A DNA stretch of 60,461 nt, taken from positions 62,001 to 122,461 of the forward strand of contig JAPEUD010000071.1 of assembly GCA_026026165.1 (NCBI GenBank), in the 5' to 3' direction. Positions 49,832 to 60,461 of the stretch are shown piece by piece. The notes under the pieces were generated by a model, which saw only the letters and a list, made by a program, of their open reading frames with translations, was not told the origin of the DNA and did not search any database. How positions within the stretch are numbered: position 1 is the first letter of the stretch; every line of letters starts with the position of its first letter. The position numbers and the translations under genes are program-made. The DNA comes from Sarea resinae. Taxonomy: Eukaryota.

Positions 49832-52152
49832 TCATTTGAGAAAGTCGTTTGCAACATTGACGAACGCGCCTGCGCCGCCATCTGGGCTGATATCGCTGAC
49901 GAGCACTTCCGTCTGCTGATAGAGGCGCTCGAGGGCTGCCGAAGAGGATCTGCCAAGAGAGACTGAGAGTTTCATCAGCACATCCACCTCTATTAAAAAA
50001 TAGAACGGGAGACAAGAACATACCTAGAATGGCAGAGTTGAGCTCCTCCGCCACTGGGACCCGGCCAGTAGGCTCGAGTAGGTGCGCCACGACCGAAGTC
50101 TTGGGGTCCTCATACGCGAGTAGGGAAAATGTATCTTTGAGTGCCTTCTTGACGTCTCTTCTGCCGTCGTCTCGGAACTCCGATTGCAGCTCTTGACCGT
50201 ACTCGAGCGTCTCCGAGAGGAGAGTCTGATATTTTAGGTTTGCGGCAGACGAGTCTTCTGTCTCCATGCTGTCCCACGCGTCGCCACTAGGGATCTGATC
50301 ATCAAGCTCCATTTGGTGGTCGAAGACATCGTCGTATAAATCGTTCGTGCCATGCCCATTTGAAGCTTGAGACTGCTTTGACTGGGATCCAGCGTGAAGT
50401 TCCGAGCATCTCCTTACCATTTCAATAAATTTCCTGCAGCGAAGTCGGAAGTATATTTGCTGGTTATCACTAAAGACGCTGGGATAGAAAGCATTGGTGT
50501 GTTTGAGCGCTTTGTCAATATCGCCCTCTAGGATAGCCGCCCGTATTCCTGTAGCAAGATTAGCACCTCAGCTAGACCCAAAGTTGAGTCACTTACGCTG
50601 CCGATTTACTGCATCCATGTCCTCTTGAGCTTCGAACGCAGTGTGCGATGTGTCTTTCCCGTTCTGAAGAGCGCGGGATTCGGATCGGACTTCCTCTGCA
50701 AATGCTCTAGCAGTCTCAACGTACCCGTCATGAGCTAGGTATTGAGCAACGAGCCCTTGGATGAGAGAGGTCTCATCTAGAGGTGGCTGAAGTGTTGTGG
50801 CGTCGACTTGACTGATCTCCTGCTCAACGCTCCACTTCTCCTCCTGTGCCGACAATCAGCGGACTGGATTGGCATGAGATTGATGGAGTACATACCGCTA
50901 TCATGCCATCTATGTCAAACATAAAAGGAGTTTGACCGAAATTTACCTTCAAGTTCTCACCCGGCTTTTTCATGCCCACGGAAGGAAACAGCTTCGTGCC
51001 TTTGTTCAGATTCTCAAAAGCCGTCCCTATTTGGTCAGCAAGTTCAAGTCATCATAACATCCATGACATACCCAGATTAACGCCATTCTTCGTAAAGAAA
51101 CCGGTTCCCGTTCTGAAATTTACACCGCAACCAATCACATCCGAGGTGGAAAATTTCGGGCCGTATGGCTTTCCAGAAGCAGTGCAGCAAAAAGAGAATC
51201 CGTCATCTCCATGATATGCCCATGACTCCGGCTCCCAGCCTGGTAGTCTGTTCAGATGCACTTTTGGGCCAGAAAAGCCTACGCCTATCAGACTGTATGT
51301 CGTCGTCAGTATGCATCACATATTTCGTGACAGGGACAAGAAAACATACCCTTCTTTCCCCTTTGATATAACGGTGACTTCGTAGTAGTATATGCCGCAT
51401 TCCGTTGGCATCGGATTGTCTGCCCGCACCGCAGCAGCTTCATCATGAGACTTGCTCGGGCCAGTGAATTTGATTTCCAACCCATCCGCTTGAATCTCGA
51501 TTCCGCCAAACTTGTCCCCGTCACTCCAACGAGAAGGCAATGGTGTGAGACGATCGTCAGCCTTCCTAGGCTCTTTTTCTATAATATCGTATGTCATTCC
51601 TCGGTGCGAAGGTGCCAGCTTGTGTAAGTTGGCACTGCTGGAGCTCGTCGAAACGGAATCGGTATTGGAATGGCTCGAGGGATCTTCTCTTGCGGCAGCC
51701 AATTTGGCCTTGTGGGCCTCCTCCAGGCGCTCAACATATCGACAATTCCGCAAGTAGGACGGCACAAAGAAATTATCCGACGATCCGTCCGCGACGCCAG
51801 TGCCACTTAATCCAAAGCCGAATTGACTAGCATATGATGGTAGGTAGCCTCCTCTCCCCCAAGACCCTGATAGGCTACTGGCACCGTTGCCCAACATGTC
51901 CATTTCTAAACTTCGCGATGGACTTATATACTGCTGCCCCGACTGTGCTTGCTGAGGCTGATTGGCTGAAAAACTTGGGTTCATGAGATGCGAGAGAGCT
52001 CCCGACCTCGTCGGCTGGCCGTGAGATTGCGGCGAAGCCGAGGCTGTCCCCGAAACTACTGAGGCATATGACGATCTTCGAGGTCCGATGGATGGCGTAG
52101 AGTAGCTGGTCGGCGGAGCGCCAGGAGAGCCGAGTGGGGGAGGGTTGGTCAT
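49832..52152 (-). CDS. RanBP9/RanBP10 (RanBPM)-like SPRY-LisH-CTLH-CRA protein of the GID/CTLH E3 ligase
   Basis: SPRY: GIYYYEVTV, LNRLPGWEPESWAYHGDDG, DVIGCGVNF, FFTKNG, VNFGQTPFMFDI. LisH: LVAQYLAHDGYVETARAF. CRA: FSLLAYEDP...VAEELNSAIL. Ends AFVNVANDFLK*. Confidence 0.9.
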
Positions 52153-53386
52153 TCCGGAGATGCTGAAGAAAGGGTATACTCGGAGATTGGGGGGCGATTG
52201 GATGGTGACAGACTGTAATCCCGAGATTTGTTGGAAGAGTGATGGAAGCAGATATAATGGACGTGAGTTCAACGAGACATATGTACTCGATATCCCGAGG
52301 AAGTGCGTGAGAAGCCAGTGGTTACAGCTCCCCTGATGTTCTACGACAGGACAGGTAGATGTGATCAAGCGGCCAAGGATAGTAGGTATCTCGTCATGTC
52401 AATGACGAAGCTGTACAGAGTACTCATTGCAAATGCTGGCCGTCGTTCATGTTTTGCGCCTCCGTCGTGAGGGTCGAAGTGGTAGTGGTGGTCGTAGAGG
52501 TGTCGGGGTTAGTGGTGCTAGAGTCGTTCGTTAAAGTTGGGAAGTGGTGCAGTGCAGTACTCGTAGTGAGTGGTGCAGAGGTGGTGCAGCTTTGCCGATG
52601 ACGCGGGGGGAGTTGATGGAGGTCTTCGCTGGCTCGAGCGTGACCTCCACGCCTACTGAAGTATGAAGTACGAAGTACATCGTACATTACTCGACCTAGC
52701 TACCGTGGACCTCACTCTACAGCGTACAGGACTTCGTGCGCCTCCTGCATGGACTTCCAGCCAGCTTTCCAGGGCCTTGAGGAGAAAGTGATGGATTCAT
52801 TCATTTTTTGTGATTGCTACGTATGCCTGTAATATGATCATCCGGTCGGTACGGAAAAGATCGAGTTCTATCCCATTGGGCACGGTTCCATAGTATATCC
52901 ATGGATGTCATGACCGAATTAATACATGGCTCGTGCGCATGGATGTATTCCCGAAACAGCACGACCTTTGCGATAAGGGTGCGTCAGATCAACCAAACCA
53001 TTTGGATTCCCTCTCCACTATTGAATCTGAAGTCTTTGAAAAGTAGTCTGATAGTCGATTGGCATGAGACCCTTTCCACCGGCATTGAAATCTATCCTTC
53101 CCAAAAAAGACCTTGAAGAACGTAGTAAATGATAAAATCCGAAACCCCGTTCCAAGACGCCTAATGCCGTTGCCTAAAAACCTTCAGTGGACCGAATCTA
53201 ACACCATACCCGCATGCACTGCCTTGTCCACAGGTCGGAGAGTCACCACAGGGGGACGGACAGGACAAATGTGAAAAGAAACAACGACCAGGATACTGAT
53301 ACAACGAACGGAGATCCGTCGGGAGCACAAAAGTTTGTCTCAAAAGAGAAAGGATGAGAACAAGAAGCGCGAGAGCCAGAGCGGAT

Positions 53387-54289
53387 TCAAGCTGGCGTTG
53401 CGATGCCGGTAATGGGCGAGCTTGGCGCGTTGCTGACCGTCCCGGCCATTTCAACATCCCCTCCGCTGTTGCTTTTCTCGCTGGTCAGGGCACTGCTGAC
53501 GGCATCTGCCTTGCTATCGCTCTCTCCTGGAAGAAGGCTGTCGGAGGTACCGTCTCCGTTCGGCTCTATGCTGCCACCCTTGGGTGTTCGCCAGGAAGAG
53601 AGCTCCCACATGACCCCAGTGAAGCTCTTGACTTGGAACCCCTTGCGAGTCCATTTTCGACAAGGCTTCCCGGTCCGATCGAGAGCACGAAGACCAGCGT
53701 TGATAGCACCTTGATTGGCCTTGGGACCAAGTTTGTGACCGGCGGCCGCGGCGGCAGCACCAATGGCGCCTTTTGCCTTGATTCCAGCATCGCTGGCATC
53801 GGTAGCTCCATTTTCTCTACATCACGTACGTTAGCTGGTAGCCGGTGATTTATGATTGTGAATGCAGACTTACAGCTTCAGCTTCTTCTTTGGACCAGGC
53901 TTGCCTCGTGGCTTTGGAAGGCCGTCAGGGCCCAGGCCAGACGCCCTCTTGCTCCCTGGCTTTGGACCGGGTATACCTTTCCTCTTCGGCCCATCCGGAG
54001 TTGACGCTGGAGCATTCTCCCCAGGTATCGGGTTGGGGGCCGGAGTAGAGTTCGACTCGGAGGTGTTGTCCGCAGGAGGCGGCGAGGTGATGTTAGGTAT
54101 CGGGGTCGATGTAGAAGACGACTCCGACTTTGATTTCGAAGCTTTACGAGCATCTTGTTTCGAGGGGAATCGAGCAAGGATGGCGGGCGGTAACTTCAAG
54201 GCGATGATCTTGCTTTGCTTTGCAGCTTTGTTCGATCCGCTACTGGATGACGACGGCGAGATGGTAGTCTGAGAGCTGAGGGCCGACAT
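53387..54289 (-). CDS. ies4: INO80 complex subunit Ies4-like (2 exons)
   Basis: KIIALKLPPAILARF, KPRGKPGPKKK, HKLGPKANQGAINAGLRALDRTGKPCRKW...VKSFTGVMWELSSW. Confidence 0.82.
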
Positions 54290-56084
54290 GGTGAGCGATG
54301 TGGAGAGGCCGTCGATGGCAAGGTGTTGAAGCTCTATTGGGATGACGTTCCGACCGTGCCGTTACCAGACGGCGTTGATGAGCGACGCTCAGGAGACGTG
54401 ACGTTCTCGAGTTGCGACCTTGGTCGACGGTGAAATGTGAGATCTGAGTGCAGGGCGTCTTGTTTCAGGGGATGGACGAGGGCGGCGATGGTGGATCGCA
54501 GGGCGGTTTGGATGGATGGCGACGATGATGATGAGGATGAGGTTTGTAGAGGGAAGGAAAGGAATGAAGGCGAGGGAATTTCATTGTGGTGGTGAAGCCC
54601 AAGCTGGACAGGCGAAGGGGCTGGCTTGCTTGTTGGCTGACCGACTGGTTTGGGGTCTCCAGCGTCGGGTGTGTGGCAGAGGTGGGAATGGGCCTTTTCT
54701 CGGACTTTTCGTCGTGCCTTTCCATTTGCTTTGTGCTGTGGTGACGGGCCTGTGGTACGGAGTAGCAGTGGAGAGGCAGGTATCGAAGGTACGGTACGAA
54801 GTACTCCGTGCCGGACGAGATGAAGCCTGGTCACGGGAAGTACGCATCGGGACTATGGAGGTCACATACAAGACACAGGTATCGGCTGTACTGCGCAGTA
54901 GTCGCCCAAGGGAGCCAGTGACTTGCAGTGTGCCGTGCACGGGAGAGATTACGGATGGATTCGATTCGATTCACGGCGGCGCGGGCAAACCGCTCAACCT
55001 CACGAGTCACCCTCATCCTCACCTCCAGCTGGGGCGACGAGCCAAGATGGAAGCTAAGGTACCTACTAAGGTAGGCAGCCCTGCATCATCATTCATGCCG
55101 CATCCGGCACACGAAGCGAGACGACGCGACGCGAAACCTCTGGATCAATTAAACCGTGAACGGAACAGGAGAGGAGGAGCCAGAGCCAGAGCAAGACTAA
55201 TCTATCTATTCCTTGCGTAGCAGCCCATGCCGAATAACCTCGTTCTTCCCCACTCGACTCCATCTTGAATTGAGAGTGCTCTTGAATGCGTTATATGACC
55301 TCGATACCTCTGTGCTTGAGACCCTTTGTAGCACCGGATGGCCAGAATCCTGCAATCAGCTGTGACAAATGACCAAGCCATCCGTGGATGATCGATCACT
55401 GCTGCAGTGTACCGAGGCATCCATGGATGGATCGCCAAGGTGAAGCAAACAACCATTGCGAGGAACATGTCCAGGCCGTCTCGGCTCCTGGACGGCTTTA
55501 GGCCGAGTGCCAATCTAATCCAACCTACCGATCGAGCAGAACCACGCCATCGAATTCCTCAGATAAAAACACAGCCCAGCATCCATGAAGATAGAGAGCC
55601 TGTGCCATACGACTCGTCACTTATCGATTGCTCTGTTCCAGTACTCCCTGCAGTGATCACAGACATGATTGTCTATCATCAGAAAACGCCCTTGGCACCC
55701 CTGAATTCCTGCATGTCCTCCACATCAACATCTTGTGACAGCCTTGCCAAAACTCGAACATCGATGGCTTCACAGATCATCAGCGGCAGCCCGCCGGCCC
55801 CTTTTCCTTGGCATCGACTTCTGCAATAGATTTCGCTCTGGCCCATCGTCCGTGATACTATCAGTATATCTCAGCCTTCACCACTGAGAGCCATTGATAT
55901 TTCATAGAACACTGCAGCAGGTTTATCTGCTCTCACTTTGCACATGCCAAAAACATCTCCATTGATCTAATGCTTGACTAATGTAAGAGTCCGAGAATAC
56001 AACACTTGCGCATGATCACAATTGCAATCAAGTCAAGATCCATGTTTCGATCCAAAATAGGCAGCAAAAATCAAGCAAGAGAAA

Positions 56085-57419
56085 TCACTCAACCTCGCTC
56101 GGATTCTGCGAACGTGCATCAAACGAGGAAAGACGAAGCCCTTCAGTACTCGGATCTTCCAGCTCCACGCGGCGTAACTCTTTCTCTCGTGGTTCCGGAT
56201 CCCCAATCTCAACCGGTGTTGCGATATCACCGGCCCATTGTGGGGTCACTGGCACGGGGCCCTGGTGTGCCAGGTAGTAGGGAGCCATACCTGAAGCATT
56301 CCCTGCTTCACTATGGGTGAACGGCCCTGGGCGCGCAACTGGCCCGAAGTAATCCGCCCCGTCGGAGCCACGGGACGTGGCCTCCGCCGGCGAAAGATGC
56401 GACATGGGTGGCTCGTCGTCCGGCGGGACTGCCGCCACTGTGTCCCGTCGAGTCTGCCGTCTGCGATAGAAGATGAACCAAATCAGAGCACCGTAGAGGA
56501 GAAGGCCGGCCACCGCGATGCCAAAGCCGAGCCCTGCTTTGGCACCGTCCGAGAGACCACCACCAGGATGGTGAGTGGGACTCGAGGTTGGGCTTGTCGG
56601 CGTCGCCACCCCTGCGCCTGTCCCACCACCAAGGCGAATTGTCGTCGTGGCACTGCCTCCAGTGGCTGTTGGGGAGCCGGCGCAGTACAGACTGCTTGCG
56701 ATATTGGTGCACGTCAAGCCGATTTGGCAACAGCCTCCTCCAGCAGCAGCTGGGCATGAGAATTGCCCGTTGGTGCAGCCAGTAGGCGTTGCGCTTGCGG
56801 ACACTGTGTTGACAGTTGCGGAGTTGATGGTAGAGGTGCAGCTGTTGTCAGTCAAGCATGCTGAATTGACCGAACAACATCCTCCGCCGTAGGCTGATGG
56901 ACATTGAAAGGCACTGATTGCTGGACACGGCCGAGCACAGCACTGCGTCAAGCATTAGAAACCTGAGCTTGAGAAAGATGCAAAGAACCATGATGGACTC
57001 ACGGAAGTGGTCGCAGACACAGTGCCCGAAGTGGTCGCAGAGACGGTGCAATGGTAGGAAGATATTGGACACGGATCGTCGCAGCGCGACCCATCATCGC
57101 AACACTTTCCTTCCCCCTGAGCATTGACATAGCAGTAATTGTCATTCGGACAGCATCCTGTAATGTTCACCGACAAGCCTTTTGAATGGTCATTGGTCAG
57201 CGACCCGGTCAACTAGAGGGCGCAATGCTCACAAGAATGTTGCCCCTCGGAACAGCTGCCTCCCGCTTGACGTTTGGGTAGTTGCGCGATGGATCCAAAA
57301 GTGAACCTAGGATACAAGCCAAAGTTGAACTCGTCTTCCAGAGCTTCGGTGGCTAGCTGTGCCGCCATGGTCGCGGCATTCGCAACGAGCACGGAGCATA
57401 TCAACTTCATCCTCGCCAT
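56085..57419 (-). CDS. Cys-rich single-pass cell-surface protein (signal peptide, KR site, CC-repeat ectodomain, S/T stalk, TM, cytosolic tail), 3 exons
   Basis: Hydrophobic N-terminus, LPKR|Q, repeated GCC-x5-C units, GGLSDGAKAGLGFGIAVAGLLLYGALIWFIFYRRR transmembrane segment, tail DYFGPVARPGPFT. Confidence 0.82.
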
Positions 57420-58372
57420 CTTGAGCGCCGAAGGTCAAGATCTGTCGAAGCAGATGGGGGCGCGATAGGGCATATTCTTCACGACAAAGGATCTCACATG
57501 GCGTTCTAGAAGGCAGGACAAAGAATCTATGCCTGTCGGACAGTCAGCCGCAGAGAATCTCTCGCATCCGGTCAGAGCCCCCAGCGCAGTCAACCATCTC
57601 TTTCGTTGTGTCAGACTGACTGCCGCCAATGAAAAGGGCACCGTCCATGGCGCGGGGACGTGCCACCGTCAGCCATGAGACTGCGTGATTGGCGGTGGCG
57701 ATGGCCGCTTCAAAGGCGAGGCCCCCAGCTCTCTGCGGGGTTGTGGCTGTTGCTGCTGCTGCTTCTGCCAACATCTTGGACCAAGCGAACGGATGAAAGC
57801 GAGTGAAGTGGGTGTGTTTGTGTAACCATCATGGAGCGCAACCGCTCCGGGACAACGAGGGCACAGAGGACAAAGAGGACCACGAAGACACAAAGGACAG
57901 ACCAGGCACGCGTGACGGTTGGGGTGCAGCCAATGTCATAGATCGGATGGAGAGAATCGCTACGATGGCCACCATCTCTGTTGCGCCCAAGGTTGTGTTC
58001 TCATTCTTTCATTAGTTTACCCTCACTGCTGGATGCGGTCCCTCATGATCATTGATGACCGTATGCTGTGCTTCCCATCATATCATCATATCATATCAAG
58101 CTATCCAATCAAGGGTCCAGGTACCTACTGTAGTAGGACTGCGTGTTAGGTAGTGGTGAGAGTACAGAGTACTCGCAGGTCATATGAACGAGAGTCTTTG
58201 TAATGGCATCGGTGGCCACCGTGGATGGCCGATAAGAAGCACTTTACTTGGTACTCTTACTTCAGTACTACTAAGTATGTATTCGATGTCGGAGTACGGA
58301 TACTTCCATAGTCGTACTCGTCCTGCGCTTTCGGGGGGCCATGGTTGATCCATCGTTGATCCATCTATGCGC

Positions 58373-58411
58373 GAGAGCCAAGAGAGCCAAGAGAGCCAAG
58401 AGAACCAAGAG
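58373..58411 (+). repeat. 9-bp tandem repeat (GAGAGCCAA)x4 carrying three GCCAAG hexamers
   Basis: GCCAAG at 58377, 58386 and 58395; degenerate ACCAAG at 58404. Confidence 0.9.
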
Positions 58412-58978
58412 GGCACAGAGAGCTGGAGCACCGAGAGCGCAGCTGGATCGGTGCTGTGTGTCACGGGCTTGCTCCGGCTATCGCCATGCGGACCAGGCGG
58501 CATGAGGAAACGGATTCCTGATCCGTCCGATCATCGTCCCGAAGGCCGGAATTATGGCCGGCCTCGACTCGCATCCACGCATGTACTCGGAGTCCATCAC
58601 GGCCGTCGGCCTTTGCTTTTGCAAACCACATTTCCGATCACGTAGATGATATTCGAACACGACTATTTACAAGATGGTTCAGATGGAACATTCGACATCT
58701 CCTGCTTGCCATGGTGTCCCTTCCTATAGTTCAGCTCATTGGCATTGGAATAAAACCAAGATGATGACTAAGCATGCTCTCACCTCCAACCTGACCCTTT
58801 GACCCTTTGACCCTTTAAAGGATCCGTGTCTCCAGTCCGTCTTCGTCGCCGTCTTCGTTGCTTCAACTTCTTGCGTTGCCTCTCCTTGCTCTCTTCTGTC
58901 TTTCTAGACGATGCGCTCGACACGCTCCGTTTCCAAGCGAAGGTTAGCTCTCTTCCTGGGTTTTTTCATCTTGGTGGG

Positions 58979-59018
58979 TGAGGCCGGAATATGTCCGGCC
59001 TCATACCTGTGTATATAA
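58979..59018 (+). promoter_or_regulatory. Palindrome plus TATA box upstream of the IDO gene
   Basis: TGAGGCCGGA-ATATG-TCCGGCCTCA (58979-59003), then TATATAA (59012-59018) and a CT-rich leader before ATG 59137. Confidence 0.65.
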
Positions 59019-59136
59019 GGATGCCCACTTTGGTCTGCCTTTTTGCTCTTCTCTCAAGCGAATCGTCCTTCTTGATCAGTATCTTCTTCCTTTCAGCCGA
59101 ATTCTTTTAGAAAATCTTGAAACTCTCCTCTCAACC

Positions 59137-60267
59137 ATGGCTATCGGCCCAGCTCCCACTTCTTTCCATGTCCTTCATGATGCCAGGCCCGAGGATACGA
59201 CCCTGCCCGCCTTTGTGGTCTCCACCACGAGAGGGTTCCTGCCTCGTGCCGAACCCGTCACGAGGTTGCCGGCCGAATTCGATGCCGTCGAGTCCCTCTT
59301 GAGTCGTATGTCTATCAAGACGGCATCCGGAGAGCCGGGTCTGCTCGCTCATGGAACGTTCGGCGAGACGCTGCTGCAGGAGCTGCCAGATCTCACGGAT
59401 GCCGTCGATAAGTATAAAGAAAACCAATTCATCTTGACGGCTTTGTATCGAGACTATTGCTTCATGGCATCGGCGTATCTGCTCGAGCCGTGCCACCAGA
59501 GGTTCATGAAGGGAGAGGGATATGGCTTGGGTCGTGCGAGGCTGCCGAGCGTTGTTGCATTGCCCCTCGTGAAAGTGTCGGCCCTGTAAGTTGATTTGAT
59601 CTCACTCTTCCCATCGACTCATCCCAGGTCACCACCACCGCCCCCCAGCGTTTTGATACTATGCCAAAGCTGCCTCAAGCTCATTCGCATCACTCTCCCC
59701 TCTAGCATTGGTTTCAAACCGTTTATGGAATACGCCGGCTCCTATGCTCTCTTCAACTACCGGCTCGCCGACCCCGCCCAAGGGCTGCACTACGACAATC
59801 TGCGCCTCATCCGCGCCTTTGAGCGCGGCATGGACCCCAAGTCCTCCGAAGCGGGCTTCATTTTCGTGCACATCGACATGGTCAAGCACTCTGGCGGGCT
59901 CATCGAGGGCGCCGAGACATGCCTCGATGCCGCCGCCAGTAATGACCGCAAGGCCTTTGACGCGGGGCTGCAGAAGTTCCTGGACAGCATGGTCGAGATT
60001 AACGGCGTCATGGAGGGTGAGTGTGTTTTCCGACCCAAGCATTACTTTTAACGCGTCTGCCGTTTACCGGTTTCCTTTCAATCGAGCGGTCCTGACATTG
60101 AGCTTCTAGGGATGTGGAATAAGTCCAAGCCAAAGGACTACACGCAGTTCCGCACCTTTATCTTCGGCATCACCTCTCAGTCCATGTTCCCAAACGGGGT
60201 CGTCTACGAAGGCGTCAGCGAGGAGCCCATGACGTTCCGCGGCGAGTCGGGTGCGAATGATAGCATG
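59137..60267 (+). CDS. Indoleamine 2,3-dioxygenase family, gamma-type; 3' part lies beyond the window
   Basis: LPAFVVSTTRGFLPR, LYRDYCFMASAYLLEPC, PFMEYAGSYALFNY, SEAGFIFVHIDMV, FRTFIFGI...FPNGVVYEG...FRGESGANDSM. Introns 59587-59705 and 60018-60109; third starts at 60268. Confidence 0.9.
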
Positions 60268-60294
60268 GTAAAGACCTCTTCTTCTCACTCACCG

Positions 60295-60461
60295 TCCTTT
60301 TCACTGACTATCCTTTTCACTATCCTTTTCACTGACTATCCTTTTCATTCACTATCCTTTTCATTCACTATCCTTTTCATTCACTATCCTTTTCATTCAC
60401 TATCCTTTTCATTCACTATCCTTTTCATTCACTATCCTTTTCATTCACTATCCTTTTCATT
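60295..60461 (+). repeat. 16-bp minisatellite (ACTATCCTTTTCATTC)n in IDO intron 3, running off the window end
   Basis: About 8 exact units from 60335, preceded by variant units (CACTG-type and a 12-bp unit). Confidence 0.97.

Noticed and set aside
54334..55829. ORFs of 140-234 aa upstream of ies4
   Set aside because: Low-complexity leader and intergenic sequence with no family motifs.
60295..60461. Terminal repeat as telomere or CRISPR array
   Set aside because: No spacers, not TTAGGG-like, and it lies inside an intron just after a GT donor.

Overview
Intron-rich nuclear DNA from a filamentous ascomycete (Pezizomycotina), judged from short GT-AG introns with CTRAC-type branch sites and fungal gene families. 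About 18 genes can be built by manual splicing. In order: MDM35 (absent as such from the ORF track), a membrane J-domain protein, RPA43, NOP6-like RRM protein, Rac GTPase head-to-head with an F-BAR RhoGAP (RGD1), palI, an ABC1/UbiB kinase, D-lactate dehydrogenase, an intronless DmpA/S58 peptidase, an unassigned ~1100-aa coiled-coil protein, a SAD-1-type RNA-dependent RNA polymerase, kinetochore Sos7, an Arg/Ser-rich protein, an MFS transporter, RanBP9/10-like protein, Ies4, a Cys-rich single-pass surface protein, and an IDO-gamma-like dioxygenase cut off in an intronic minisatellite. I found no tRNA, rRNA, CRISPR array or intact transposon. Most of the window is housekeeping DNA. The best leads are non-coding or splicing-level: (1) a GC-skew switch at ~45.9 kb with nested inverted repeats centred on five helically phased GCGRGRA motifs; (2) an MDM35 stop codon created only by splicing; (3) twin palindromes plus a GCCAAG array upstream of the IDO gene; (4) a hairpin cluster between rac and its candidate GAP; (5) an unexplained, possibly decayed 5.8-10.4 kb region. 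All gene names come from motif recognition, not database searches.
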